Below are positions 8,482 to 19,237 of a DNA stretch of 56,951 nt, in pieces; position 1 is the stretch's first letter; each line of letters begins with the position of its first letter. The notes under the pieces are model-generated. The model was not told the origin of the DNA. It ran no database searches and saw nothing but the letters and a program-made list of their open reading frames with translations. Source of the DNA: an uncultured Planctomycetia bacterium (lineage in GTDB: Bacteria > Omnitrophota > Gorgyraeia > Gorgyraeales > Gorgyraeaceae); contig CAZMID010000007.1 in assembly GCA_964566255.1 (NCBI GenBank), positions 1 to 56,951 of the forward strand. The letters run 5' to 3'. Both the position numbers and the translations under genes were made by a program.

Positions 8482-10106
8482 GCAGACGGTTTACAGTTAT
8501 GTGTCTTTCCGTATTCTTTAAAAATACCCTCTATTTCGTCGTATTCCAGTTCGTCTTTTTCAAGAAGCTCTTTTACAAATCTTTCTACAATAGTCCATTC
8601 TTTTTTTAGAAGTTCTTCAACTTCTTTAAGGCAGGTTTTTATTATTTTATCTGTTTCTAAGTTGAGTTTTTCTTTGACTGCATCAGAAAGCTGAGATTCC
8701 GGTATTATAGTATAATCCCCCACATAACCAGCATCACTCATCCCGACTTTCCATACCATACCATGAGCCAGTCTCATAGCTCCATTAAAATCTGCAGCTA
8801 CCCCGTCGCTTGTAGTATTAAAACGTATCTTTTCTGATACATACCCTCCAAGTTTTACCTTTACATCTGCAAGGAGTCTTTCTTTATTGCGAGTATACAA
8901 TTCTTCCCTGGGTTGTCCATAGACAGCACCTAAGGTTTCCTTGCGGGATATTATAGAAGCTTTAAATACATCTTCAGTCGGATGCAGTATGTACATGGTG
9001 ACAAGATGTCCTGTTTCATGAAAGGCTACCATTTCTCTTTCTTCTTTTGTCATTTGACGCTTATGTTTTATTCCCATGTCAATACGTTCCATGGCCTCGG
9101 ATATTTCCTTATGAGTTACTAAGTCTTTTTTATTTCTCGTCGCTATAAGGGCAGCTTCTTTTATAATATTATCAATCTCAGCAGGCGTTTTGTAGACTGA
9201 TTTTCTTGCAAGGCGCGCTATATCCATATTCTTATCGTATTTGAGTTTTTTAAGATAATATTCAAATACCTTTCGTCTTCCTTCAAGGCTGGGTCTGTCT
9301 ATATAGATTTTTCTATCAAATCTTCCAGGCCTTAAGAGTGCTTGATCTAAGACACCTTCTACAGCATTAGTAGCACCTATTACGATTACATTGAAATCTT
9401 TTTCTTTTAAGCCGTCCATTTCTACTAAGAGCTGGTTTTGAGTGCTGTTTGTTTCCTGTCCTCCGCCCATAAAACTAAATGAACGCCGTCTTCCAATAGC
9501 ATCTAACTCATCTATAAACACAATACATGCGCCGTATCCATACGCAAGGGTCCTTGCTCTTTTAAATAGCTTTCTTACGCGTGATGAACCTACGCCTACG
9601 AATATTTCAGTGAATTCGCTTCCAGACATGGAAATAAATGGAATGCCAGCTTCAGTTGCAATGGCCTTTGCAAGATATGTTTTTCCGCATCCAGGAGGTC
9701 CAACCATTAAAAGCCCTCTTAAAATTTTTCCTCCTATCTTTAAAAGGAGAGTTCTATCTTTTATTAACTGCACTACTTCCCATGCTTCTTGTTTGGCTTC
9801 GTCTATACCTATAACGTCATGCCAGTGTATGTTTACATTCTCACCTTTTATAGTTGTTTGTTTTATCCTGGTAAATCCACCTCTTAAAAATATCATATAC
9901 ATAAATACGAATATGCCTGCATGGACTCCTGAAAGTAAAAGGGTGATAGGCATTTGCGCTAAGGTAAGATGCCGATAGAAAGATTCAAGAGAAGATAACC
10001 CCCATACTGCTAATATTATGAGCGTTACAACAGCAGTGATTATGGCAAGTTTAATCCAGTGCATCATCAGGTACATCTTCATTCTACGTATGGCTAAATT
10101 ACTCAT
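8478..10106 (-). CDS. FtsH-family AAA+ zinc metalloprotease (short paralog)
   Basis: 542 aa; two N-terminal TM helices, Walker A GPPGCGKT, Walker B IVFIDELD, SRH TNAVEGVLDQALLRPGRFDR, zinc motif HETGH. Confidence 0.8.
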   Translation of the reverse strand: MSNLAIRRMKMYLMMHWIKLAIITAVVTLIILAVWGLSSLESFYRHLTLAQMPITLLLSGVHAGIFVFMYMIFLRGGFTRIKQTTIKGENVNIHWHDVIGIDEAKQEAWEVVQLIKDRTLLLKIGGKILRGLLMVGPPGCGKTYLAKAIATEAGIPFISMSGSEFTEIFVGVGSSRVRKLFKRARTLAYGYGACIVFIDELDAIGRRRSFSFMGGGQETNSTQNQLLVEMDGLKEKDFNVIVIGATNAVEGVLDQALLRPGRFDRKIYIDRPSLEGRRKVFEYYLKKLKYDKNMDIARLARKSVYKTPAEIDNIIKEAALIATRNKKDLVTHKEISEAMERIDMGIKHKRQMTKEEREMVAFHETGHLVTMYILHPTEDVFKASIISRKETLGAVYGQPREELYTRNKERLLADVKVKLGGYVSEKIRFNTTSDGVAADFNGAMRLAHGMVWKVGMSDAGYVGDYTIIPESQLSDAVKEKLNLETDKIIKTCLKEVEELLKKEWTIVERFVKELLEKDELEYDEIEGIFKEYGKTHNCKPSA

Positions 10107-10163
10107 ATTTTTCTCCTTTTTGTGAAATAGAGTATATCATAAAAATATAATAGTGTCAAATGA

Positions 10164-11779
<1,616 letters not shown>

Positions 11780-11782
11780 TCA

Positions 11783-11811
11783 TTGACACTTTAAGGATAG
11801 GTCTTTATAAT
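11783..11811 (+). promoter_or_regulatory. sigma70-type promoter of initiator tRNA
   Basis: TTGACA (11783-11788), 17 nt, TATAAT (11806-11811), 16 nt before the tRNA. Confidence 0.65.
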
Positions 11812-11827
11812 AACTTCAAGAATATAT

Positions 11828-11904
<77 letters not shown>

Positions 11905-11908
11905 AATT

Positions 11909-11943
11909 AAGGCAGTTTTGTATAATAAAACTGCCTTTTTTAT
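11909..11943 (+). terminator. rho-independent terminator
   Basis: aaggcagtttt-gtataat-aaaactgcctt followed by a T run. Confidence 0.75.
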
Positions 11944-11992
11944 TTGGCAAAAAAGACTTTTGTCAAATAACAATATATGATATAATAATAAT

Positions 11993-12196
11993 ATGAAGAA
12001 TATGTGGATACATAAGACAAATTCATTTAAAAAAGCAGGAGATTTTGATAAAGATTATTATCTTAACATGTCTAGTTCTAAGCGGTTAGAACTAGTACAA
12101 CTATTAAGGGATCAGTATTTTAAACTAAAAAAACATACAATTAATGGAGACACAAAGAGATTACGAAGATCTGTTAAAATTATTAAACAAACATAA
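11993..12196 (+). CDS. small hypothetical protein (possible antitoxin-like partner)
   Basis: 67-aa ORF overlapping the next ORF by 53 nt in another frame. Confidence 0.35.
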   Translation: MKNMWIHKTNSFKKAGDFDKDYYLNMSSSKRLELVQLLRDQYFKLKKHTINGDTKRLRRSVKIIKQT

Positions 12197-12593
12197 GGTA
12201 AAATATTGCATTATAGGTTCTTATGCAGTTGCTTTTTATGCAAGACCTAGGTACACAAAGGATATTGATATTTTAGTAGAAACGAATATAGAAAATGCCA
12301 AAAAGATTCTTAAGGCGTTAAATGAATTCGGCTTTAAAAATGTTGGACTTTCTGTTAAAGATTTTAATAAGAAAGGAAGGATTGTTCAGTTAGGATACGA
12401 ACCAGTAAGAATAGATATTTTAACTTCAATCAAAGGAGTTAGCTTTAAAAAAATATGGGATAATAAGAAGAAAGGCACATACGGAAAACAAAAGATCAAT
12501 TTTGTAGCTTTAAAGGATTTAATAAAGATAAAGAATATTTCGAAGCGTAAACAAGATATAGCAGATTTAGATATATTAAAGCGTTTAAAATAA
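12144..12593 (+). CDS. putative nucleotidyltransferase-fold protein
   Basis: 149 aa; YEDLLKLLNKHKVKYCIIGSYAVAFYARPRYTKDIDILV resembles minimal nucleotidyltransferase (MNT/AbiEii-like) N-termini with the D-x-D motif. Confidence 0.45.
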   Translation: METQRDYEDLLKLLNKHKVKYCIIGSYAVAFYARPRYTKDIDILVETNIENAKKILKALNEFGFKNVGLSVKDFNKKGRIVQLGYEPVRIDILTSIKGVSFKKIWDNKKKGTYGKQKINFVALKDLIKIKNISKRKQDIADLDILKRLK

Positions 12594-12656
12594 AGAATAA
12601 AGATTGTAAATTTAATATTAAAACCATGGGAAAAGTGGTCTTTTTATGCATTAATT

Positions 12657-14249
12657 ATGATAATGATTAAAAAACCTTACAAACTTAAGATTGTATCAAT
12701 AATGCTTGCTGTGGTGTTTTTATTTTATTCCTCACTATTTGCAGGAGAGGTGTGCCTGCGACCTAAGATAGGGGAGTATGACAGGGTAGAAGGAGCCATA
12801 TTCTCTAGATTATGTAATAGATTATCTGAAAGTAAATCTTATGACGAAATAATAGAGACACTAAAAGAGATTACTGCTTTTACTGGTGAAGAAGAAGTTG
12901 CAGAGAATTTTGCCAGTTCTTTTGGAATTTTACAATTTTTTAGGCTATTGAACGAAGTTTTATATTATACGAAACAGATGACTGAACCATATGCTGAATG
13001 GAATTCTTTTGATGGACTAAAATATTATCGTGGGAATATTAAAATAGAAGTCAGGAAAATTCTCAGAAATATTTTCGGATCTCCAGATTTATCTCAGATA
13101 ATAACTAAAGAATTGGCAATAAATGGAACAACATCAAATGAAAAGATTATATTAGACTTTTTAGATGGGGATGGTGGAGAAAGCTGTAGTTTTATGGATG
13201 AAAAGTTCCCAGAAATATTACTTCTCTTGAAAGACCCACAGAAAGTCAAAGACCTAGTTTTGGTATTAAGTTTATTCAGGTTAGTGCATTACAATCCATT
13301 TCTACCCCCTGAGCGCCATAAGGGAACAAAAGGCACACAGGAAATTGTATTAGAATACGCCATAAGAAAAGGAATATATATATCTATAGGTAATGGTTTA
13401 TATATAACTCCAATAAGTGAATCTTTCAGACGACATATAGTATTTAGAATGAATGATGAAAAAGAAATTTCAGATGCTGTTGAAATTTTTATTATTGGAG
13501 ACGATAGAAAAGTTGGAAGGTATCTTTTGTCAGATAAAAGGTTGAAATTTTGTCAAGATATGTATGAAAGTTTTGGCGACGGTTGCGGAATAATCAAGAC
13601 TCATTTAATGGCTACTTATTCAAAAGAAGTAGTGCCGCAGGTAGAAGCATATGGAGACATTTTTGATTATTCTGAAGCAAAAGAACCTTTTAGGATTTTC
13701 ATCTATGATTATTCATATCCTATTCGAGGTAGGCGGCTTGAGCGTATCGATGCTATGTATCTAGGTAGAATTGCAGGAGAAGTAGCAAGTGGAAAAATAT
13801 TAAATAGCAAGATGGCAATGCCTGAGACAATCGTAAGAGATGTTTTTGCTACAACAAAGAGATTTATTGAAAAAGGTTATACTTTTGAGGATCCCACAGG
13901 TTCAGATTTACATTCAGGAAATTTTAGGCTTTGTTTAGATGGCAGGGTGAGATTTGTCAATGATTTTGAGGCGTTTGGTAAAGGTGAAGAAGCTACTGAA
14001 GAAATTCTTAAACTATCTTTTAGAATAGATTCTGAAGCTATATTAAAGCGAGGTCTAGCTTTAGTTCTATCTTCGGTTCTTGACAATTATGGCTTTGATT
14101 ATGAGGCAATTCTTAACAGAATCACAATTCTCTATACATACTATGATATTTTAGAAGAAGAAGATTGGATTAAATTTCTGTCTCCCAATAGTAGCCTGAA
14201 AGATCTTAAAGAGAAGATTCTTAATGAAGAATCCAGAAAAGATTTATAG
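12657..14249 (+). CDS. signal-peptide protein with C-terminal APH/kinase-like catalytic motif, function unknown
   Basis: 530 aa; N-terminal hydrophobic signal/anchor (IVSIMLAVVFLFYSSLFAG); DLHSGNFRLCLDGRVRFVNDFEAFG matches the D-x4-N ... D-F-x pattern of the aminoglycoside/choline-kinase-like fold. Confidence 0.5.
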   Translation: MIMIKKPYKLKIVSIMLAVVFLFYSSLFAGEVCLRPKIGEYDRVEGAIFSRLCNRLSESKSYDEIIETLKEITAFTGEEEVAENFASSFGILQFFRLLNEVLYYTKQMTEPYAEWNSFDGLKYYRGNIKIEVRKILRNIFGSPDLSQIITKELAINGTTSNEKIILDFLDGDGGESCSFMDEKFPEILLLLKDPQKVKDLVLVLSLFRLVHYNPFLPPERHKGTKGTQEIVLEYAIRKGIYISIGNGLYITPISESFRRHIVFRMNDEKEISDAVEIFIIGDDRKVGRYLLSDKRLKFCQDMYESFGDGCGIIKTHLMATYSKEVVPQVEAYGDIFDYSEAKEPFRIFIYDYSYPIRGRRLERIDAMYLGRIAGEVASGKILNSKMAMPETIVRDVFATTKRFIEKGYTFEDPTGSDLHSGNFRLCLDGRVRFVNDFEAFGKGEEATEEILKLSFRIDSEAILKRGLALVLSSVLDNYGFDYEAILNRITILYTYYDILEEEDWIKFLSPNSSLKDLKEKILNEESRKDL

Positions 14250-14316
14250 CTTTAATACTACATACCCCTCTTTTCTATTGACTACTTAAATCTATATATG
14301 GTATAGTAACTCTGCT

Positions 14317-15609
14317 ATGATAGCTAGATATTCACTTCCAAAGATGACCAGTATCTGGTCTGAAGAGAATAAATTTCAGAAGATGCTGGATATTGAGATC
14401 CTTGCCTGTGAGGCAATGGCAAATCTTGGCAAGGTGCCCAGGAAAGAACTACAAAAAATAAAATCAAAAGCCAAATTTAACGTAAAACGCATAGAAAAGA
14501 TAGAACAAAAAACCCGCCACGATGTAATAGCATTCCTACATAATATAGCAGAACATGTTGGATCTAGTTCAAGGTTTGTACATCAGGGGCTTACTTCAAG
14601 TGATGTCTTAGATACTGCTTTATCAATCATGATGAAAGAATCAGCTGATATTATCTTAGATGATCTTAAAAAACTAAAATCTATATTAAGAACTAAAGCA
14701 AAAAAATATAAAAATACCATAATGGTAGGTCGTAGTCATGGAGTACATGCAGAACCTACTACATTTGGTTTAAAGCTTAGTCTATATTTTGATGAAGTGA
14801 ATAGGTGTATTAAAAGGATAGAATCAGCAAAGAATATAATCAGTGTTGGTAAAATCTCAGGTCCTGTAGGTACATATTCAAATGTAGATCCTTATGTTGA
14901 AAATTATGTCTGTAAAAAATCAGGGCTTAAACCGGCCAATATATCTACTCAAGTTTTACAGAGAGATCGTCACGCAGATTACCTTTCACAAGTTGCCATT
15001 GTAGGAACTACCTTAGAAAAAATCGCAGTGGAAATTAGAAACTTACAAAAAACAGAGGTTAGAGAAGTAGAAGAACCTTTTTCTAAAGGACAGAAGGGTT
15101 CTAGCGCTATGCCTCACAAACGAAACCCTGTAATGTGTGAAAGAATTACGGGTCTAGCAAGAATCTTACGTGCAAATGCTACTGCTTCAATGGAGAACGT
15201 TGCATTATGGCACGAAAGAGACATAAGCCACTCATCTGTTGAAAGGGTGATTATACCTGATAGCATGATTTTACTGGATTATATGCTGAATCAGATGATA
15301 TTTATCATGAAGAATCTTTTGGTCTACCCTGGAAATATGCGCAATAATTTAGCAAAGACAAAAGGTCTTATATTTTCAGCAAGGATATTGGTAGAACTTG
15401 AAAAAAGAGGAGTCGAAAGAAGAAAAGCCTATGATATTATCCAGAGGTGTGCAATGAAGGTCTGGAAAGAAAATATAAATTTTAAAGAATCCCTCTGGAA
15501 TGATAAAGATTTTATGAAAATAGTAAAACCAAAGGAAATAGAGAGCTTTTTTAAATTAGGGTATTATACAAAACATGTAAACAGGATCTTCAAAAAAGTC
15601 GGTATTTAA
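14317..15609 (+). CDS. purB: adenylosuccinate lyase
   Basis: 430 aa; GLTSSDVLDT, GSSAMPHKRNP signature. Confidence 0.92.
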   Translation: MIARYSLPKMTSIWSEENKFQKMLDIEILACEAMANLGKVPRKELQKIKSKAKFNVKRIEKIEQKTRHDVIAFLHNIAEHVGSSSRFVHQGLTSSDVLDTALSIMMKESADIILDDLKKLKSILRTKAKKYKNTIMVGRSHGVHAEPTTFGLKLSLYFDEVNRCIKRIESAKNIISVGKISGPVGTYSNVDPYVENYVCKKSGLKPANISTQVLQRDRHADYLSQVAIVGTTLEKIAVEIRNLQKTEVREVEEPFSKGQKGSSAMPHKRNPVMCERITGLARILRANATASMENVALWHERDISHSSVERVIIPDSMILLDYMLNQMIFIMKNLLVYPGNMRNNLAKTKGLIFSARILVELEKRGVERRKAYDIIQRCAMKVWKENINFKESLWNDKDFMKIVKPKEIESFFKLGYYTKHVNRIFKKVGI

Positions 15610-15621
15610 CCGGGAGAGGGC

Positions 15622-16332
15622 ATGAACGTGAAAAAGACCAAAAAAATCTACGAGGGTAAGGCAAAAAAGTTATACGATACGGATAAAGCAGATCTAGTGA
15701 TACAAGAATTCAAGGATGATGCAACAGCCTTTGATGCTACAAAAAGAGGCACTATACAGGAAAAAGGCATCATGAATAATGAAATATCTTGTTCTTTATT
15801 TACGCTTCTTGAATCAAAAGGTATCCCAACTCACTTTGTAAAGAAGCTAAGTGATAGAGAGATGCTTGTTAAAAAATTAGATATAGTCTTAGTAGAAGTT
15901 ACTATTAGGAATATTTCAGCAGGAGGGCTTTCAAAGCTTTTAGATATTGAAGAGGGTAGAGTTTTAAAGTCACCTGTCCTTGAATATCATTATAAAAGTG
16001 ATAGGCTTCATGACCCACTTATAAATGATTATCATATAGAGATGCTTGGACTTGCTACTCATAAAGAGATGCAGAAGATAAAAGATTATTCTTTTAGTAT
16101 TAATCAGATATTGAAGGATTTTTTCAATAAGGTCGGACTTAAGCTTGTTGATTTTAAGCTGGAGTTTGGAAGACATAAAGGAAAGATCCTATTAGGGGAC
16201 GAAATATCTCCTGATACCTGTAGACTCTGGGATAAAAAGACAAATCAAAAGCTTGATAAAGACCGTTTCAGACGTGATCTCGGGAAAATAGAAGAAGCCT
16301 ACCAGGAAGTTCTTAAAAGGGTAAAATCTTAA
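15622..16332 (+). CDS. purC: SAICAR synthase
   Basis: 236 aa; YEGKAKKLY, LVDFKLEFG, DEISPDTCRLWD motifs. Confidence 0.92.
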   Translation: MNVKKTKKIYEGKAKKLYDTDKADLVIQEFKDDATAFDATKRGTIQEKGIMNNEISCSLFTLLESKGIPTHFVKKLSDREMLVKKLDIVLVEVTIRNISAGGLSKLLDIEEGRVLKSPVLEYHYKSDRLHDPLINDYHIEMLGLATHKEMQKIKDYSFSINQILKDFFNKVGLKLVDFKLEFGRHKGKILLGDEISPDTCRLWDKKTNQKLDKDRFRRDLGKIEEAYQEVLKRVKS

Positions 16333-16347
16333 AAGGGTTGAGGTAAA

Positions 16348-19236
16348 GTGGAATGTAAGATTGAGATAAAGAATAAAAGGGGTGTTTTTGATCCCTTTGG
16401 TACTGGGATCAAAAAGGATATAAAAGACCTGGGAGTAACTGGAGTTAAAAAAGTTACTCAATCTCAGGTCTTTATTATTTCTGGGGATATATCCAGCTCC
16501 GAGGTAGAAAGGATTACTAAGGAATTATTGGTAGATCCTGTTACACAAGAATCTATTCTAGGAAATTCTATCCAGAAAAAATCAAATTGTAGGGTTGTAG
16601 AGATTGCTTATAACCCAGGTGTAATGGATCCTGTAGAAGATTCCACTAAAAAGGCAATAAAGGATCTAGGTATCACAGGAGTTAAATCTATTAAAACAGA
16701 GAAAAAATATTTTATAGAAGGCAAAATCACAGAAAAAGAATTTAAAAATATATGTGAGAAGCTTCTTTATAATAAAGTTATACAGCATGTTGTAAAAGGA
16801 AAAAAATCTCATCAAGAATCCCCTCACGATTATAATTTTAAGCTAATAACAATTGATATTCTTAATGCAAGCGATCAAAAGCTTAAAAAAATTAGTAAAA
16901 AGGGTCAATTATTTTTAAATCTCCAGGAGATGAAGGAAATAAAAAAATATTTTAAGAAAATAAAACGAAATCCCACAGACTGTGAACTTGAAACCATTGC
17001 TCAAACTTGGTCAGAGCATTGCGCTCATAAAACCTTTAAGGGAAACATAGACTATAAAGAGTCTAAAAATGGTAAAAATATAAAAGCTATAGGAAATAGA
17101 AAAATAACCAACCTCTTAAAAAATACCGTGATGAAAGTAACAAAGGATTTAGATAAATCATGGTGTGTATCAGTCTTTAAGGACAATGCAGGCATAATCA
17201 AGTTTGATGATAAAGATAATATTTGTTTTAAGGTAGAGACCCATAATCATCCTTCCGCACTTGAGCCCTATGGAGGAGCAGGTACTGGTATAGGAGGGGT
17301 AATACGTGACATATTAGGAGTTGGTTTAGGTGCAAAGCCAATTATGAATACAGATATATTTTGTTTTGGGGAACCTGATACACCACAAAGTAAAGTCCCT
17401 AAAGGAATGCTGCATCCTAAAAGGATAATGAAGGGCGTTGTAAGCGGCGTAAGAGACTATGGAAACCGTATGGGGATTCCTACTGCAAATGGAGCGGTTT
17501 TATTTGATGAGCGTTATATTGGAAACCCTCTTGTTTATTGCGGGACTGTAGGAATTATGCCAAAGGAAAAGTCTTTTAAGGCTGCAAAGACCAGGGATTA
17601 TATAGTTGTTGTAGGGGGCCGTACTGGAAGGGACGGGATACATGGTGCGACTTTTTCTTCAGGAGAACTTACTCATGAGTCAGAAGAAGTTTCTGGTGGA
17701 GCAGTCCAAATCGGAAACCCCATAACAGAAAAAAAAGTTACTGATACATTGTTAAAGGCGCGTGATAAAAATTTATATAACGCTATTACTGATTGTGGTG
17801 CAGGCGGACTTTCAAGTGCTGTTGGAGAGATGGGCGAGGATTTGGGGGCAGAGGTAGATTTAGAAGAAGCCCCCTTAAAATATCATGGACTCAATTATGC
17901 AGAGATATGGATATCTGAGGCTCAGGAAAGAATGGTTTTATCTGTTCCTGAAGATAAGATAGATGAATTATTAAATATTTTTAGAAAAGAAAATGTTGAA
18001 GCAGTTGTAATAGGACGTTTTACTAAAGACAAGAGATTACGTTTAAGATACAAAGGAAATCTTGTCTGTGATCTTGATATGAAATTTTTACATAAAGGGA
18101 TTCCAAATTTTAAACGTAAGGCTATATGGTCAAAACCGAAGTTTAAAGAATTGAAAAAAGCATGTCCAAAGAATCTTACGGATAGCTTATTAAAGATACT
18201 TTCTAGCTGGAATGTATCAAGCAAGGAATGGGTTATAAGGCAGTACGATCATGAAGTACAAGGTCAAAGTGTTTTAAAACCTTTAGTGGGTGTAGCAAAT
18301 GATGGGCCGGGCGATGCTACTATAATAAGGCCAAAATTCGATTCTAAAAAAGGTATTGTTATTTCAAATGGCATAAATCCAAGGTATGGCTTGATAGATC
18401 CTTACTGGATGTCCGCATCCTGTATAGATGAAGCATTGCGGCAGACAATAGCTGTAGGTGGATCTTTAAATAGAACTGCTTTATTAGATAATTTTTGTTG
18501 GGGCAATACTGATAAACCAGATAGATTAGGCGATTTAGTAAGGGCAAGTTTTGGATGTTATGATATTGCTAAGGGATACGGAATTCCTTTTATATCAGGC
18601 AAAGATAGTTTAAACAATGAATATTCTGTGCACGGTAAATCCATTTCCATTCCTCCGACGCTTTTAATATCAGCAATAAGCGTCATGGATGATGTAGGAA
18701 ATGCTATTTCAATGGATTTGAAAGAACCCGGGAATTTAATATATGTTATTGGCATGACTTATGATGAATTAGGCGGCTCTCATTATAATATGATAAATGG
18801 TTTAGTTGGAAATAGCGTTCCAAAAGTAGATATTAATTATGGAATAAAGGTTTTTAGTAAGTTGAATGGTGCTATAGCATCTGGTTTTGTAAAATCCTCT
18901 CATGACTGTTCAGAAGGAGGGATAGCTGTGGCATTAGCTGAGATGAGTTTTGCAGGTTCTTTAGGCATAGAAGCATTTTTAAAAGAAATTCCTACTAAAA
19001 ATATAAAAAGAGACGATTTAGTTTTATTTTCAGAATCTAATACACGTTTTATAGTAGAAGTTAGGAAAAAGGATAAGAAAAAGTTTGAGAATACAATGAA
19101 GGGTATTCCTATAGGACTTTTAGGATGCATATCAAATAAGCCATATTTTAAGATTTATGGGTTGGATGATAGAAAAATCATAGACATCGGCATAGATAAG
19201 TTAAAAGAGGCGTGGCAGAAGCCTTTACGCTGGTAA
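16348..19236 (+). CDS. purL: FGAM synthase II (PurL) with two N-terminal PurS-like repeats
   Basis: 962 aa, GTG start; repeats GVFDPFGTGIKKDIKDLGVTGVKKV... and GVMDPVEDSTKKAIKDLGITGVKSI... followed by the PurL core (SEHCAHKTF, ETHNHPSALEPYGGAGTG). Confidence 0.85.
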   Translation: MECKIEIKNKRGVFDPFGTGIKKDIKDLGVTGVKKVTQSQVFIISGDISSSEVERITKELLVDPVTQESILGNSIQKKSNCRVVEIAYNPGVMDPVEDSTKKAIKDLGITGVKSIKTEKKYFIEGKITEKEFKNICEKLLYNKVIQHVVKGKKSHQESPHDYNFKLITIDILNASDQKLKKISKKGQLFLNLQEMKEIKKYFKKIKRNPTDCELETIAQTWSEHCAHKTFKGNIDYKESKNGKNIKAIGNRKITNLLKNTVMKVTKDLDKSWCVSVFKDNAGIIKFDDKDNICFKVETHNHPSALEPYGGAGTGIGGVIRDILGVGLGAKPIMNTDIFCFGEPDTPQSKVPKGMLHPKRIMKGVVSGVRDYGNRMGIPTANGAVLFDERYIGNPLVYCGTVGIMPKEKSFKAAKTRDYIVVVGGRTGRDGIHGATFSSGELTHESEEVSGGAVQIGNPITEKKVTDTLLKARDKNLYNAITDCGAGGLSSAVGEMGEDLGAEVDLEEAPLKYHGLNYAEIWISEAQERMVLSVPEDKIDELLNIFRKENVEAVVIGRFTKDKRLRLRYKGNLVCDLDMKFLHKGIPNFKRKAIWSKPKFKELKKACPKNLTDSLLKILSSWNVSSKEWVIRQYDHEVQGQSVLKPLVGVANDGPGDATIIRPKFDSKKGIVISNGINPRYGLIDPYWMSASCIDEALRQTIAVGGSLNRTALLDNFCWGNTDKPDRLGDLVRASFGCYDIAKGYGIPFISGKDSLNNEYSVHGKSISIPPTLLISAISVMDDVGNAISMDLKEPGNLIYVIGMTYDELGGSHYNMINGLVGNSVPKVDINYGIKVFSKLNGAIASGFVKSSHDCSEGGIAVALAEMSFAGSLGIEAFLKEIPTKNIKRDDLVLFSESNTRFIVEVRKKDKKKFENTMKGIPIGLLGCISNKPYFKIYGLDDRKIIDIGIDKLKEAWQKPLRW

Positions 19237-19237
19237 A

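Noticed and set aside
11958-11986. Promoter-like ttgtca...tataat upstream of the 67-aa ORF
   Set aside because: The spacer is only about 15 nt, unlike the strict 17-nt spacing of the other promoters. Possibly functional but not supportable.
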